Assembly (NCBI GenBank): GCA_964613715.1 | Contig: CAZTJK010000001.1 | Location: forward strand, 98,763-162,762 | DNA length: 64,000 nucleotides | Source: an uncultured Candidatus Saccharibacteria bacterium | GTDB lineage: Bacteria > Patescibacteriota > Minisyncoccia > Phycocordibacterales > GWA1-40-21 | Reading direction: 5' to 3' | Shown: positions 37,362-45,829 of the stretch, in pieces | Layout: every line of letters starts with the position of its first letter | How positions within the stretch are numbered: the stretch's first letter is position 1 | Translations under genes and position numbers: made by a program | Notes under the pieces: model-generated | What the model was told of the DNA's origin: nothing | What the model saw: only the letters and a program-made list of their open reading frames with translations | The model's database searches: none

Positions 37362-37673
37362 TTATGCCGCGGTCTCGAAATCAAGCTCTTTCACACCAGT
37401 ATCGAGACTTTCGATGAATCGTTTAATCTTGCCGTCTTCCGTATCGAAAAATTCATATTGACCGCGATCAGAGGAAAGCTCCGGGGATAGGAGGCTCCAG
37501 AGATAGTATTTTTCTGGGTTCTTCAGCTGCTTTTTCAGCTTTTCCATATCGCGGTACGCTCCTTCCGGCTTTTCGGATGATTCGAAGAAATTCGCCGTGA
37601 TCGGCAAGAGCTCATCGAGCGTCTCCTGCTCCTCGAATGAAAGCGTATTCTGTTCAAGTCCTTCGAATTTCAT
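37362..37673 (-). CDS. Small hypothetical protein, member 3 of a tandem paralog triplet
   Basis: C-terminal YYLWSLLSPEL...KRFIESLD resembles its two upstream neighbours. A TATAAT box 8 nt before the ATG suggests a leaderless message. Confidence 0.5.
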   Translation of the reverse strand: MKFEGLEQNTLSFEEQETLDELLPITANFFESSEKPEGAYRDMEKLKKQLKNPEKYYLWSLLSPELSSDRGQYEFFDTEDGKIKRFIESLDTGVKELDFETAA

Positions 37674-37709
37674 TGTTTCTCATTATACACGCTTCCCAGT
37701 AAAAATCAT

Positions 37710-38057
37710 CTACAGGCTGCGGATAAATTTCTCGAGATCATGGTCCGGCGTATCAAGCTCGGCAATATTATCCGGCAGCGTACTGCCAACAAGCTTATGC
37801 CAGAGCATGTACTGCCTTGGAGTTTTACCGCTTGCGGATAATTTTTTCTTGAATTCCTCATTGAAACGGCTGATTTTGTCGAATCGCTCTATAACGTGCT
37901 CTTTGGATACCTTATCATTACGCATATTCGCTGCATGCGCATCAATCAGCCCGCTCACTTCAAACCACTTATTTTTTGTTTCCGGATCAAGCCGATTCAG
38001 CACAATACCTTCATGCTGATCCCGAAGCTCATCCTCACGGCGAAAATTTTCAGTCAT
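37710..38057 (-). CDS. Small hypothetical protein, member 2 of a tandem paralog triplet
   Basis: C-terminal LWHKLVGSTLPDNIAELDTPDHDLEKFIRSL. Confidence 0.55.
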   Translation of the reverse strand: MTENFRREDELRDQHEGIVLNRLDPETKNKWFEVSGLIDAHAANMRNDKVSKEHVIERFDKISRFNEEFKKKLSASGKTPRQYMLWHKLVGSTLPDNIAELDTPDHDLEKFIRSL

Positions 38058-38059
38058 AA

Positions 38060-38395
38060 TTATTTTAAATCCTTAATGAAATTCTCAATCATGTGATCCG
38101 GTGTATCGAGGACAAGCTTCTTGTTCGGCAGTGTCATGCCCATGAGCACGTGCCAGAGAGCAAAGCTGTTGGTATTTCCTTTCTTGGAAAGCTTGTAATC
38201 GAAATCCTTGATCTTTTTCTGCCGGTCGATTTTCGCAAACATGTCCTTGTTCTCGGTAATGGCATCCATATGCTTCTTCATCTCGAGAAAGGTATGCTGC
38301 TCCTCCGGGCTCAAATAGGCCGGGGCTTTTTCCGACTCTTCATGCAGATCGCCAAGGATCTGCTCATTTATTCTCTGGTTTTGTTCGCTCAACAT
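38060..38395 (-). CDS. Small hypothetical protein, member 1 of a tandem paralog triplet
   Basis: C-terminal LWHVLMGMTLPNKKLVLDTPDHMIENFIKDL. A TATAAT box 14 nt upstream of the ATG. Confidence 0.55.
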   Translation of the reverse strand: MLSEQNQRINEQILGDLHEESEKAPAYLSPEEQHTFLEMKKHMDAITENKDMFAKIDRQKKIKDFDYKLSKKGNTNSFALWHVLMGMTLPNKKLVLDTPDHMIENFIKDLK

Positions 38396-38410
38396 ATAGT
38401 AGTGTTTCGA

Positions 38411-39115
38411 TTATAACCACCCCTTCACTTCCAAAGCCTTCCGCGCAGCGATCTGCTCGGCTTCCTGCTTCGACTTTCCTTCACCCTCGGAGATCTTATC
38501 CTCTCCCAAGTATACACCAACCGTGAACTTTTTGTCATGGTCCGGCCCCTCTTCTTTCAGGGTCTTGTAAGAGGGCGTGATTCCCTCCTGATTCTGGGCC
38601 TCTTCCTGGAATTTGCTCTTGGCATCGAGCCACGTCTTCTCTTCCACGATCTTCTCGATCAGATTGAAAATATTCTTCGAGATAAAGTATTTGGCCGTCT
38701 CATAGCCCTGGTCGAGGAATATCGCGCCGATCAAGGCTTCGATCGTGTTAGCCAGGATGATCTGCCGCGCGCGGCCCATATCTTTCGCCTCACCTTTGGA
38801 CAGAAGGAGATAGTCGTTCATACCGATCTTCGCAGCGGCGTCAGAGAGCGTGATCGCATTCACGAGCGCCGAGCGATATGCAGTCAGCGCGCCTTCATTT
38901 GAATCCGGATACTTATTGTAAAGATAATCGGTCACAATAAGCTCGAGCACCGCATCGCCGAGAAATTCAAGACGCTCATTATGCACAAGCTCTTCGCGAT
39001 GCTCATTCAAATATGAGCGATGCGTGAATGCCTGCTCTAAGAGCTTCCGCTCTCGAAAAGTAATGCCGATCGCTTTCTCGAATCGAGTAAAATCAGGTTT
39101 CATCATGGTGGCCAC
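38411..39115 (-). CDS. rnc: Ribonuclease III
   Basis: Signature ERLEFLGDAVLEL and a C-terminal dsRBD. Confidence 0.9.
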   Translation of the reverse strand: MATMMKPDFTRFEKAIGITFRERKLLEQAFTHRSYLNEHREELVHNERLEFLGDAVLELIVTDYLYNKYPDSNEGALTAYRSALVNAITLSDAAAKIGMNDYLLLSKGEAKDMGRARQIILANTIEALIGAIFLDQGYETAKYFISKNIFNLIEKIVEEKTWLDAKSKFQEEAQNQEGITPSYKTLKEEGPDHDKKFTVGVYLGEDKISEGEGKSKQEAEQIAARKALEVKGWL

Positions 39116-39124
39116 AAGCCCTTA

Positions 39125-40027
39125 CTAGGAGGACTTTTTGGTACTGATCATAGTAATCGCCTTGGTGATGATTGGCAAGATATCATTATAGAAATTGAGA
39201 TTCTGAATGTCCTGCAACTTAAACCATTTTGCGTCATCGAGGCCGCCAGAATCGCCAAGCTTGAGGTCCTTCATTTCTGCTCGCGCGAGAAAATACATCA
39301 CCTGCTTTCGGATCTTGCCCTCCTCGGGATGATTGGCTACGTATTCATTTTTCAACAGCTCGTCCTCGATCGTGATATCGACGCCCATTTCTTCTTTAAT
39401 CTCGCGGACAGCGCCTTGCTTTGGATCCTCACCTTCTTCTATCTTGCCCTTTGAGAGGGTCCAGCGGCCGAACACATCGTGGACGAGCGCAAGATAAATG
39501 CTGCCATTGTGAATGCAATACACCACTGCTCCGGCAAGGCGCTTGATCGGCATTTTCTCAAATGGAATATCCTTGCGGTTTTTCTTTGACACTTCTTCCT
39601 TGCCCGGCTCTCCAAGCTCTTTATATATAGTGCCGAGCACACCATTGATGAAACCGCCGGATTTTTCGCCGCCATAAACCTTGGCAAGCTCGATGGCTTC
39701 ATTGATAGCGACTTTCGCCGGCACTTCCTTGCGATCGGCAAAGAGAAGCTCATAGAGCCCGATGCGCAGGATATTGCGGTCCGTCATGGAGATTTTCTCG
39801 ATTGGCCAATCAGGCGCGGCTTTCACAATGATGGCATCAAGATCAGCCTTCTTGTCGATGAGACCAGCAAGGAGTTTTTCAGAAAATGCCTTTTCAGAAT
39901 CGCCATCGCCGAATTCCTTCGCATTGCGAGAGAGAGAAGCAAGCGTGTCTTCGCGGGAAAGATTCCTGAAATCCCACTCGAAGGCGGTCTGGAGGACTAT
40001 TGATCTTGCAAGATGCCTCGACGACAT
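39125..40027 (-). CDS. nusB: NusB antitermination factor fused to a C-terminal NUDIX hydrolase domain
   Basis: NusB region VPAKVAINEAIELAKVYGGEKSGGFINGVLG. NUDIX box GKIEEGEDPKQGAVREIKEEMGV. Start trimmed to MSSRHLARS. Confidence 0.75.
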   Translation of the reverse strand: MSSRHLARSIVLQTAFEWDFRNLSREDTLASLSRNAKEFGDGDSEKAFSEKLLAGLIDKKADLDAIIVKAAPDWPIEKISMTDRNILRIGLYELLFADRKEVPAKVAINEAIELAKVYGGEKSGGFINGVLGTIYKELGEPGKEEVSKKNRKDIPFEKMPIKRLAGAVVYCIHNGSIYLALVHDVFGRWTLSKGKIEEGEDPKQGAVREIKEEMGVDITIEDELLKNEYVANHPEEGKIRKQVMYFLARAEMKDLKLGDSGGLDDAKWFKLQDIQNLNFYNDILPIITKAITMISTKKSS

Positions 40028-40113
40028 GATTGGTGCTTTGAAATAGCTATTCTTATTATAAAGAAAAACAAAGCAGAGAGCAAGCAAAAAATCCGCCGAA
40101 AGGCGGATTTGTC

Positions 40114-40323
40114 TTACTTTTTCTTTGTTGCAACGGCTTTTACTGGCTTGGCTTCCTTGAGAAGGACGGCGCGGCCGCGATACTTGCCGCAATTGGCGCA
40201 GGCCTTGTGGCGCATGACGGCATTGCCGCAGTCCAAGCATTTCGTCAAAGCAATGCCGGAGAGCGCATGATGCGAGCGGACGCTTCCCCGATGGGAGCGG
40301 TTATGTCTCATTCGATTTACCAT
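40114..40323 (-). CDS. rpmF: 50S ribosomal protein L32
   Basis: [14 protein letters not shown]...CxxC...CxxC zinc ribbon. Confidence 0.8.
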   Translation of the reverse strand: MVNRMRHNRSHRGSVRSHHALSGIALTKCLDCGNAVMRHKACANCGKYRGRAVLLKEAKPVKAVATKKK

Positions 40324-40399
40324 AGTCGAAAGACTATAGCACGCCTCTCGCAAAAAGAAAAGGCCCGAACCCGCTTGCGCGAATCCGGACCTTGGAATT

Positions 40400-40990
40400 C
40401 TACCTGCCGATACTCCTTCTCATCAATACTGCGGTATAGATGCCAAGAAGCTTGCTGTTGTGCTGCTTGAACTGCGGATCGAGACCCGCTTTCCGTAAGA
40501 ACGCCCGCATGAAGCCTTCCTGATGTTCCTCGGGCAATTGCTCCTGCAAAAGCTCGATGTCCATCATATTGGCAAGCACGATCTTTTGTTCGCCGTCGAC
40601 CAATTCCCTCATTTCGATGGACCCATCCTCCGTCGCCTTGGGATAATTCCGCAGCTGGGTGATGAGATGGTAGACGTCGCCTGAATTCGGATGAACATGC
40701 TTGTGCGTCCCGCGGATTTCAGGTCCTTCGGGATACACTTCTTCCGATTTCATATGCGTGCATTTCATTTCCTCGAACTGCTTCTTCAACCTCCAAACGA
40801 GATCGAGCCGGTGAATCGTAGTTTCCGATTCAATACTCCCGCTAGGCAATTGAACGGTGACGATATGCTCATCACCGAAATCAAGATGCCCTTTGACGAG
40901 CGCGTACCATTTCTGCGTACGCCCCGGATCAGGGTTGAAAAAATAGATTCCGAAAATGCTGCGCTTCAGCAACTCTGAACAAGTGTCCAT
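40400..40990 (-). CDS. Hypothetical protein (196 aa)
   Basis: GAGGAGG Shine-Dalgarno 9 nt before MDTCSELL. Confidence 0.5.
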   Translation of the reverse strand: MDTCSELLKRSIFGIYFFNPDPGRTQKWYALVKGHLDFGDEHIVTVQLPSGSIESETTIHRLDLVWRLKKQFEEMKCTHMKSEEVYPEGPEIRGTHKHVHPNSGDVYHLITQLRNYPKATEDGSIEMRELVDGEQKIVLANMMDIELLQEQLPEEHQEGFMRAFLRKAGLDPQFKQHNSKLLGIYTAVLMRRSIGR

Positions 40991-41174
40991 AGTAGGTATC
41001 CTCCTCACAACGTGCTGTGCACATTCTAATGTATAAGACGGCTCAGGGAGCCTTTTCTTACATCACAGAATAGTGCTTCTAAGTACTATTTTACATATAT
41101 TATACAATTTGTCAAGTATTTCCTGGGGAATAGAAAAACCCCGATATTCCACTTCGGCATATCGGGGTTTGCTT

Positions 41175-41705
41175 TCACTCTGCAGCCGGCATGAGCAATC
41201 GCTCGCGCTTCACGAGAGCAAAATACGCGCTCGTATTGGCCATGAAGAAATCATGATCGGGACGCAGCATATCCATGAACTTCTTGAAAGCAGGGATATG
41301 ATTGGCGTATAGATGCTCGGCGATGTATGCGATTTCTCGCAACTCTGCCTGCACCTCATGACCATCCTCTTCACGCATGATTCTCGGCTCTCCGCCGATC
41401 ACGAGCGCATTCCCTTGGAATGAATCTCCGAGGAGGAAATGCTGCTCGCTTGCACCATCTGGCGTCAGCTGGCTGTGCAAATGCTTGCACGGCGGCACAG
41501 CGACAAGGCCGGTTTCTTCATGGTATTCCCGGATGGCTGTCTGCTCCTGGGTTTCCATGAGCTTGCTCATGCCACCCGGGATTTTTACGTCTTTCGGGTA
41601 GCAGCACAAGTCGGTAACAACCGGCATATACCATTTCCCTGTTTTCTTATCGAAGAGAACAACGATAAGACCTGCCCAATATGGCTTCAGCGCATGGTTT
41701 TCCAT
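41175..41705 (-). CDS. NUDIX hydrolase
   Basis: NUDIX box PGGMSKLMETQEQTAIREYHEETGL. A terminator hairpin follows (ccccgatat..atatcgggg followed by a T-run). Confidence 0.7.
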   Translation of the reverse strand: MENHALKPYWAGLIVVLFDKKTGKWYMPVVTDLCCYPKDVKIPGGMSKLMETQEQTAIREYHEETGLVAVPPCKHLHSQLTPDGASEQHFLLGDSFQGNALVIGGEPRIMREEDGHEVQAELREIAYIAEHLYANHIPAFKKFMDMLRPDHDFFMANTSAYFALVKRERLLMPAAE

Positions 41706-41792
41706 GGCATGCTCCTTGTGAGTAGTATGAGGCGCTACACTGCAATGAGAGAGATCGTGTGATACGTCTGAAAATATTCTACATAATGAATA

Positions 41793-42422
41793 TTATTTGT
41801 CAATAGAAAGAATATTGCTGCAAAACGAGCGACGATGGAGAGCGGAGAGGCCGTATTTTTTGATAGCAGCACGGTGGGCAGCCGTGCCATAGCCCTTGTG
41901 AATATGGAAATCATATCTCGAATGCTGCTTTGAGAGACGATGCATGAGCCGATCGCGAGTGACTTTGGCAATGATAGATGCGAATGCAATCGCCCGCTCT
42001 TTTTCGTCGCCTTTCACGATGGTTTTCTGATTTTTGTATTGCAGCGGTGCTTTCAGTCCCCCATCGAGCAGCACGAGACATTCGCTTGGCTTAGCTTTTA
42101 TTTTTTTCAGCGCTTTGACAAGGCAATGCTTGATGCAGCGTGAAATACCAATAGCGTCGATACGTTTGGCGCTTTCCATAACAACGGCATAGTCTACTTT
42201 TTTTGATTTCTTGAGCAGGGACAAGGCGCGGAAAAACGCTTCGCGTTTTTCCGCGCCGAGTTTCTTCGAATCCTTGATTGGCCCGAATGCTTTCACATCG
42301 AAATCCGCCGACATCCTGAACGCGCATACTGCGACCGGCCCTGCAAGCGGCCCGCGGCCGACTTCATCTATTCCCACAATAAACTTCGGCTTTGGCAAGT
42401 TTTTCTTTTTCATACGCTGCAT
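41793..42422 (-). CDS. rnhB: Ribonuclease HII
   Basis: VGIDEVGRGPLAGPVAVCA active-site motif. Confidence 0.85.
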   Translation of the reverse strand: MQRMKKKNLPKPKFIVGIDEVGRGPLAGPVAVCAFRMSADFDVKAFGPIKDSKKLGAEKREAFFRALSLLKKSKKVDYAVVMESAKRIDAIGISRCIKHCLVKALKKIKAKPSECLVLLDGGLKAPLQYKNQKTIVKGDEKERAIAFASIIAKVTRDRLMHRLSKQHSRYDFHIHKGYGTAAHRAAIKKYGLSALHRRSFCSNILSIDK

Positions 42423-42438
42423 GTACTATAGTAGCATC

Positions 42439-45400
42439 ATGTCCGGAAAATTCGTTCATCTCCACACGCACTCCCACTATTCCCTGCTCAACGCCCTGCC
42501 GAAGATCAAGGATCTCGTGAAAACGGCGAAAGCGGACGGGCAAACGGCGCTTGCGCTCACGGATGCCGGCGCCATGTACGGCGCGATCGAGTTCTACAAA
42601 GAGTGCGTAAAGCAGGAAATAAAGCCGATTCTCGGCGTGGATTTCTATCTCGCCGCGCGCAGCCGCACTGACAAGCAGGGTGGCATCGACAATCGCCGCA
42701 CGCGCCTGGTGCTGCTTGCAAAAAATGAAGCTGGCTACAAGAATCTCATCAAGCTCGTCACCTATTCCTATCTCGAAGGCTTCTATTACAAGCCGCGCAT
42801 CGACCGCGAGCTCTTGCAAAAATACTCGGACGGCCTGATCTGCATCATGCCGCATTTTTCCGGAGAAGCATCGATTGCGGTGAAAAATGGCGACGATGCA
42901 AAAGCACGGGACATCATCGCCTGGTACAAAAAGGTATTCAGCACGGGCAATTTCTTTTGGGAAATCACCCATCATCCGGAAATGGATGGACAGATCGAGC
43001 TGAAAGAGCGCATTAAGATGGCGGCAAAAGAAAATGGCGTGCCGCTCGTTGCCGCGCATGATGTCTATTATCTGAAGCCAGAGGACAAAGCCGCTCGCGA
43101 CACGCTCGTTGCAGTCAATTCCCATGCAGATTTCGGTGATCGCAACAATGATGGTGATACGGATGATTTCTCATTCATCACCAGCACGCAAGCAGCGGAG
43201 TATTTCAAAAACGAGCCGGAGGCGATTACAAACACACAAAAAATCGCTGATATGTGCAATCTCGAGATCGTGCTCGGCAAAGACGCGTGGAAATTCCCCG
43301 TCTTCGTCGTCGAGAGCGGCTTGTCGCAGGATGATGAGCTCAAGCGCCTTGCCTATGAAGGCATTGAGAAGCGCGGCCTCACGAAAACGAAAGAAATCGT
43401 CGACCGGATCGAATACGAATTGAAAATCATCCGCGACAAGAAATATCCCCAATATTTCCTCGTCGTGGCTGATCTTTTGCGCTATGCAGCCGAGCACGAT
43501 ATCTATTTCAATATCCGCGGATCGGTCGCTGGCTCGCTTGTCACCTACTTGACCGGCATTACGAAAGTGAACCCACTTGAATATAAATTGCCATTCGAGC
43601 GCTTCCTGAATCCGGAGCGCCCGTCCGCACCCGACATCGACATGGACTTCGCCGACAATCGCCGCGATGAAGTGATCGACTATGTGCGCGGCAAATACGG
43701 CAAGGAAAATGTGGCGCAAATCGGTACCTTCGGCACCATGATGGCACGCGGCTCCGTCCGCGATGTGACCCGCGCCCTGCGTTTCCCGATCGCGACGGGC
43801 GACCGCATCGCCAAACTCATCCCCTTCGGCATGCAGGGCTTTCCGATGACGATCGACCGCGCACTTGATGAAGTGCCGGAACTTGCCGATATCTACGAGA
43901 AAGAAAAAGATGTGAAGACCATCATCGACATGGCGAGGAAGATCGAAGGCTGCGCCCGGCATATCGGCGTGCATGCCGCGGGCGTGGTGATTGCGCCAGA
44001 ACCTTTGATCAACTTCGTCCCACTCCAATATGATCAGAAAGGCGAGGAAAAGATCATTACGCAGTATGATATGAACGATGTCGGCGAAGACGGCGTTGGC
44101 CTCCTGAAATTCGACTTTCTCGGCATCCGCAATCTTTCGATTCTTGCAGATGCAGTGAATCGCGTGCACAAAATCGAGGGCGGCGATCTCGATATCGAAA
44201 AAATACCGCTCGACGACGTGCGTACCTTTGAGATGCTCGCCCGCGGCGACACGGCTGCAGTCTTCCAGCTCAATGGCGACGGCATGACGAAAGCGCTCAA
44301 GGAACTGAAGCCGACGAATATCCATGATATCAATATCATGGTTGCTCTCTATCGCCCGGGCCCGATGGATAATATCTACGAATACATCGCGCGCAAACAT
44401 GGCGAGAAAGCGGCGAGCTACCCGCACCCGAAGATGAAGGATTTCCTCGACACCACCTACGGCGTGCTCGTGTACCAGGACGATCTCTTGATGACGGCGA
44501 TCGAGGTGGCCGGCTACAGCTGGGGCGAAGTCGACAAATTCCGCAAGGCCGTCGGTAAAAAAATCCCAGAAGAAATGGCCAAGCAGCATATCAAATTCGT
44601 CGAGGGCTGTGTGAAGCATTCCGGTATGACGGAAGCGAAAGCGGAAAAATTGTGGGAGCTCTTCGAGCCGTTTCAAGGCTACGGCTTCAACAAGGCGCAT
44701 GCGGCAAGCTATGGCCTCGTCTCCTACCAGACCGCGTACATGAAGGCGAATTTCCCCGCCATCTACATGGCTGCGGTGCTGACGGCGGAATCTGGCGATG
44801 TAGAGAAAGTCGGCGAGCTCGTGGCTGATTGCAAAAAAATGGGCATCCCGGTATTGCCGCCATCGGTCAATGAATCTTTCAGCGACTTCACGGTAGTGAA
44901 AACGCCAGGCGCATCTCCCCTCTCGACTGGTCCGGACCGCGACAAGATCCGCTTTGGCCTCATGACCATCAAGAATTTCGGCTCGGATATTTCTGATGCG
45001 ATCATCAGGAACAGAAAGGAACATGGCAAATTCAAATCGCTTTCCGATTTTCTCGAGCGCATCGTCGACAAGAACATGAACAAGCGCTCGCTCGAATCGC
45101 TCGTCAAAGCCGGCGCGCTCGATGAATTCGCCGATCGCGGCATCCTCCTCGCCAATCTCGAGACCATGCTCGAATACAACAAAGAAGCAACGAAGAAAAA
45201 TCAGAATCAGGATTCCCTCTTCGGCCTCTTTGACGACGGCGCACAGGAAGGCCTTCGTCTTGCGGATGCCGAAAAGGCTTCCATGAAAGACAAGCTCGCC
45301 TGGGAAAAAGAATTGCTCGGCCTCTATATTTCCGGCCATCCGCTCGAAAAATACCGCGCGCTCCTCGAGAAGCAGCCGTTCAATATCAAGAAGATAAAGG

Positions 45401-45678
45401 AAGAAACAGCGAGCATCCGCGGCCAGATAGACGGCGGCAAGCCGGTCGGCGGCATCATCGAAAACGTTCGTGTCATTGCGACGAAGAACAATGAGCCGAT
45501 GGCATTCCTGCGCATCGCCGATTTTTCCGGCTCCATCGAGGCAGTAGTGTTTCCGAAGACATATGCGCAGTTCAAATCAAGCATCGTCGCAGACGCCTGT
45601 ATCGCCGCTATCTGCAAAGTATCCGAGCGGAACGAAGAAATCAGCCTTGTCATCGAGCGGTTGAAGGTGCTTGAATAA
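42439..45678 (+). CDS. dnaE: DNA polymerase III alpha subunit
   Basis: PHP domain (HLHTHSHYS), a polymerase core and an OB fold. 1079 aa after trimming the start. Confidence 0.9.
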   Translation: MSGKFVHLHTHSHYSLLNALPKIKDLVKTAKADGQTALALTDAGAMYGAIEFYKECVKQEIKPILGVDFYLAARSRTDKQGGIDNRRTRLVLLAKNEAGYKNLIKLVTYSYLEGFYYKPRIDRELLQKYSDGLICIMPHFSGEASIAVKNGDDAKARDIIAWYKKVFSTGNFFWEITHHPEMDGQIELKERIKMAAKENGVPLVAAHDVYYLKPEDKAARDTLVAVNSHADFGDRNNDGDTDDFSFITSTQAAEYFKNEPEAITNTQKIADMCNLEIVLGKDAWKFPVFVVESGLSQDDELKRLAYEGIEKRGLTKTKEIVDRIEYELKIIRDKKYPQYFLVVADLLRYAAEHDIYFNIRGSVAGSLVTYLTGITKVNPLEYKLPFERFLNPERPSAPDIDMDFADNRRDEVIDYVRGKYGKENVAQIGTFGTMMARGSVRDVTRALRFPIATGDRIAKLIPFGMQGFPMTIDRALDEVPELADIYEKEKDVKTIIDMARKIEGCARHIGVHAAGVVIAPEPLINFVPLQYDQKGEEKIITQYDMNDVGEDGVGLLKFDFLGIRNLSILADAVNRVHKIEGGDLDIEKIPLDDVRTFEMLARGDTAAVFQLNGDGMTKALKELKPTNIHDINIMVALYRPGPMDNIYEYIARKHGEKAASYPHPKMKDFLDTTYGVLVYQDDLLMTAIEVAGYSWGEVDKFRKAVGKKIPEEMAKQHIKFVEGCVKHSGMTEAKAEKLWELFEPFQGYGFNKAHAASYGLVSYQTAYMKANFPAIYMAAVLTAESGDVEKVGELVADCKKMGIPVLPPSVNESFSDFTVVKTPGASPLSTGPDRDKIRFGLMTIKNFGSDISDAIIRNRKEHGKFKSLSDFLERIVDKNMNKRSLESLVKAGALDEFADRGILLANLETMLEYNKEATKKNQNQDSLFGLFDDGAQEGLRLADAEKASMKDKLAWEKELLGLYISGHPLEKYRALLEKQPFNIKKIKEETASIRGQIDGGKPVGGIIENVRVIATKNNEPMAFLRIADFSGSIEAVVFPKTYAQFKSSIVADACIAAICKVSERNEEISLVIERLKVLE

Positions 45679-45689
45679 CCTGCTATCAT

Positions 45690-45813
45690 AAGCATAAGGA
45701 ATTCGCGCGGCTACCAACCGCAGAAACAGCGGTTCTGAAAGACCAAAGTCGGGTGGAACCGCGGTGAGAATCGCCCCGATAAAAAACGATATAGCGTTTT
45801 TTATCGGGGCGAT
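45690..45813 (+). promoter_or_regulatory. Putative T-box riboswitch-like leader upstream of thrS (T-box motif plus intrinsic terminator)
   Basis: agtcGGGTGGAACCGCGG (about 45747-45764) matches the T-box consensus. An ACC-containing loop (ggctACCaacc) could be the Thr specifier. An 18-bp terminator stem atcgccccgataaaaaac/gttttttatcggggcgat lies at 45770-45813. Confidence 0.45.
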
Positions 45814-45829
45814 TTTAATTTTCATAACT

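Noticed and set aside
43171-45339. 722-aa minus-strand ORF
   Set aside because: Antisense shadow ORF within dnaE. It has no Shine-Dalgarno and low-complexity composition.
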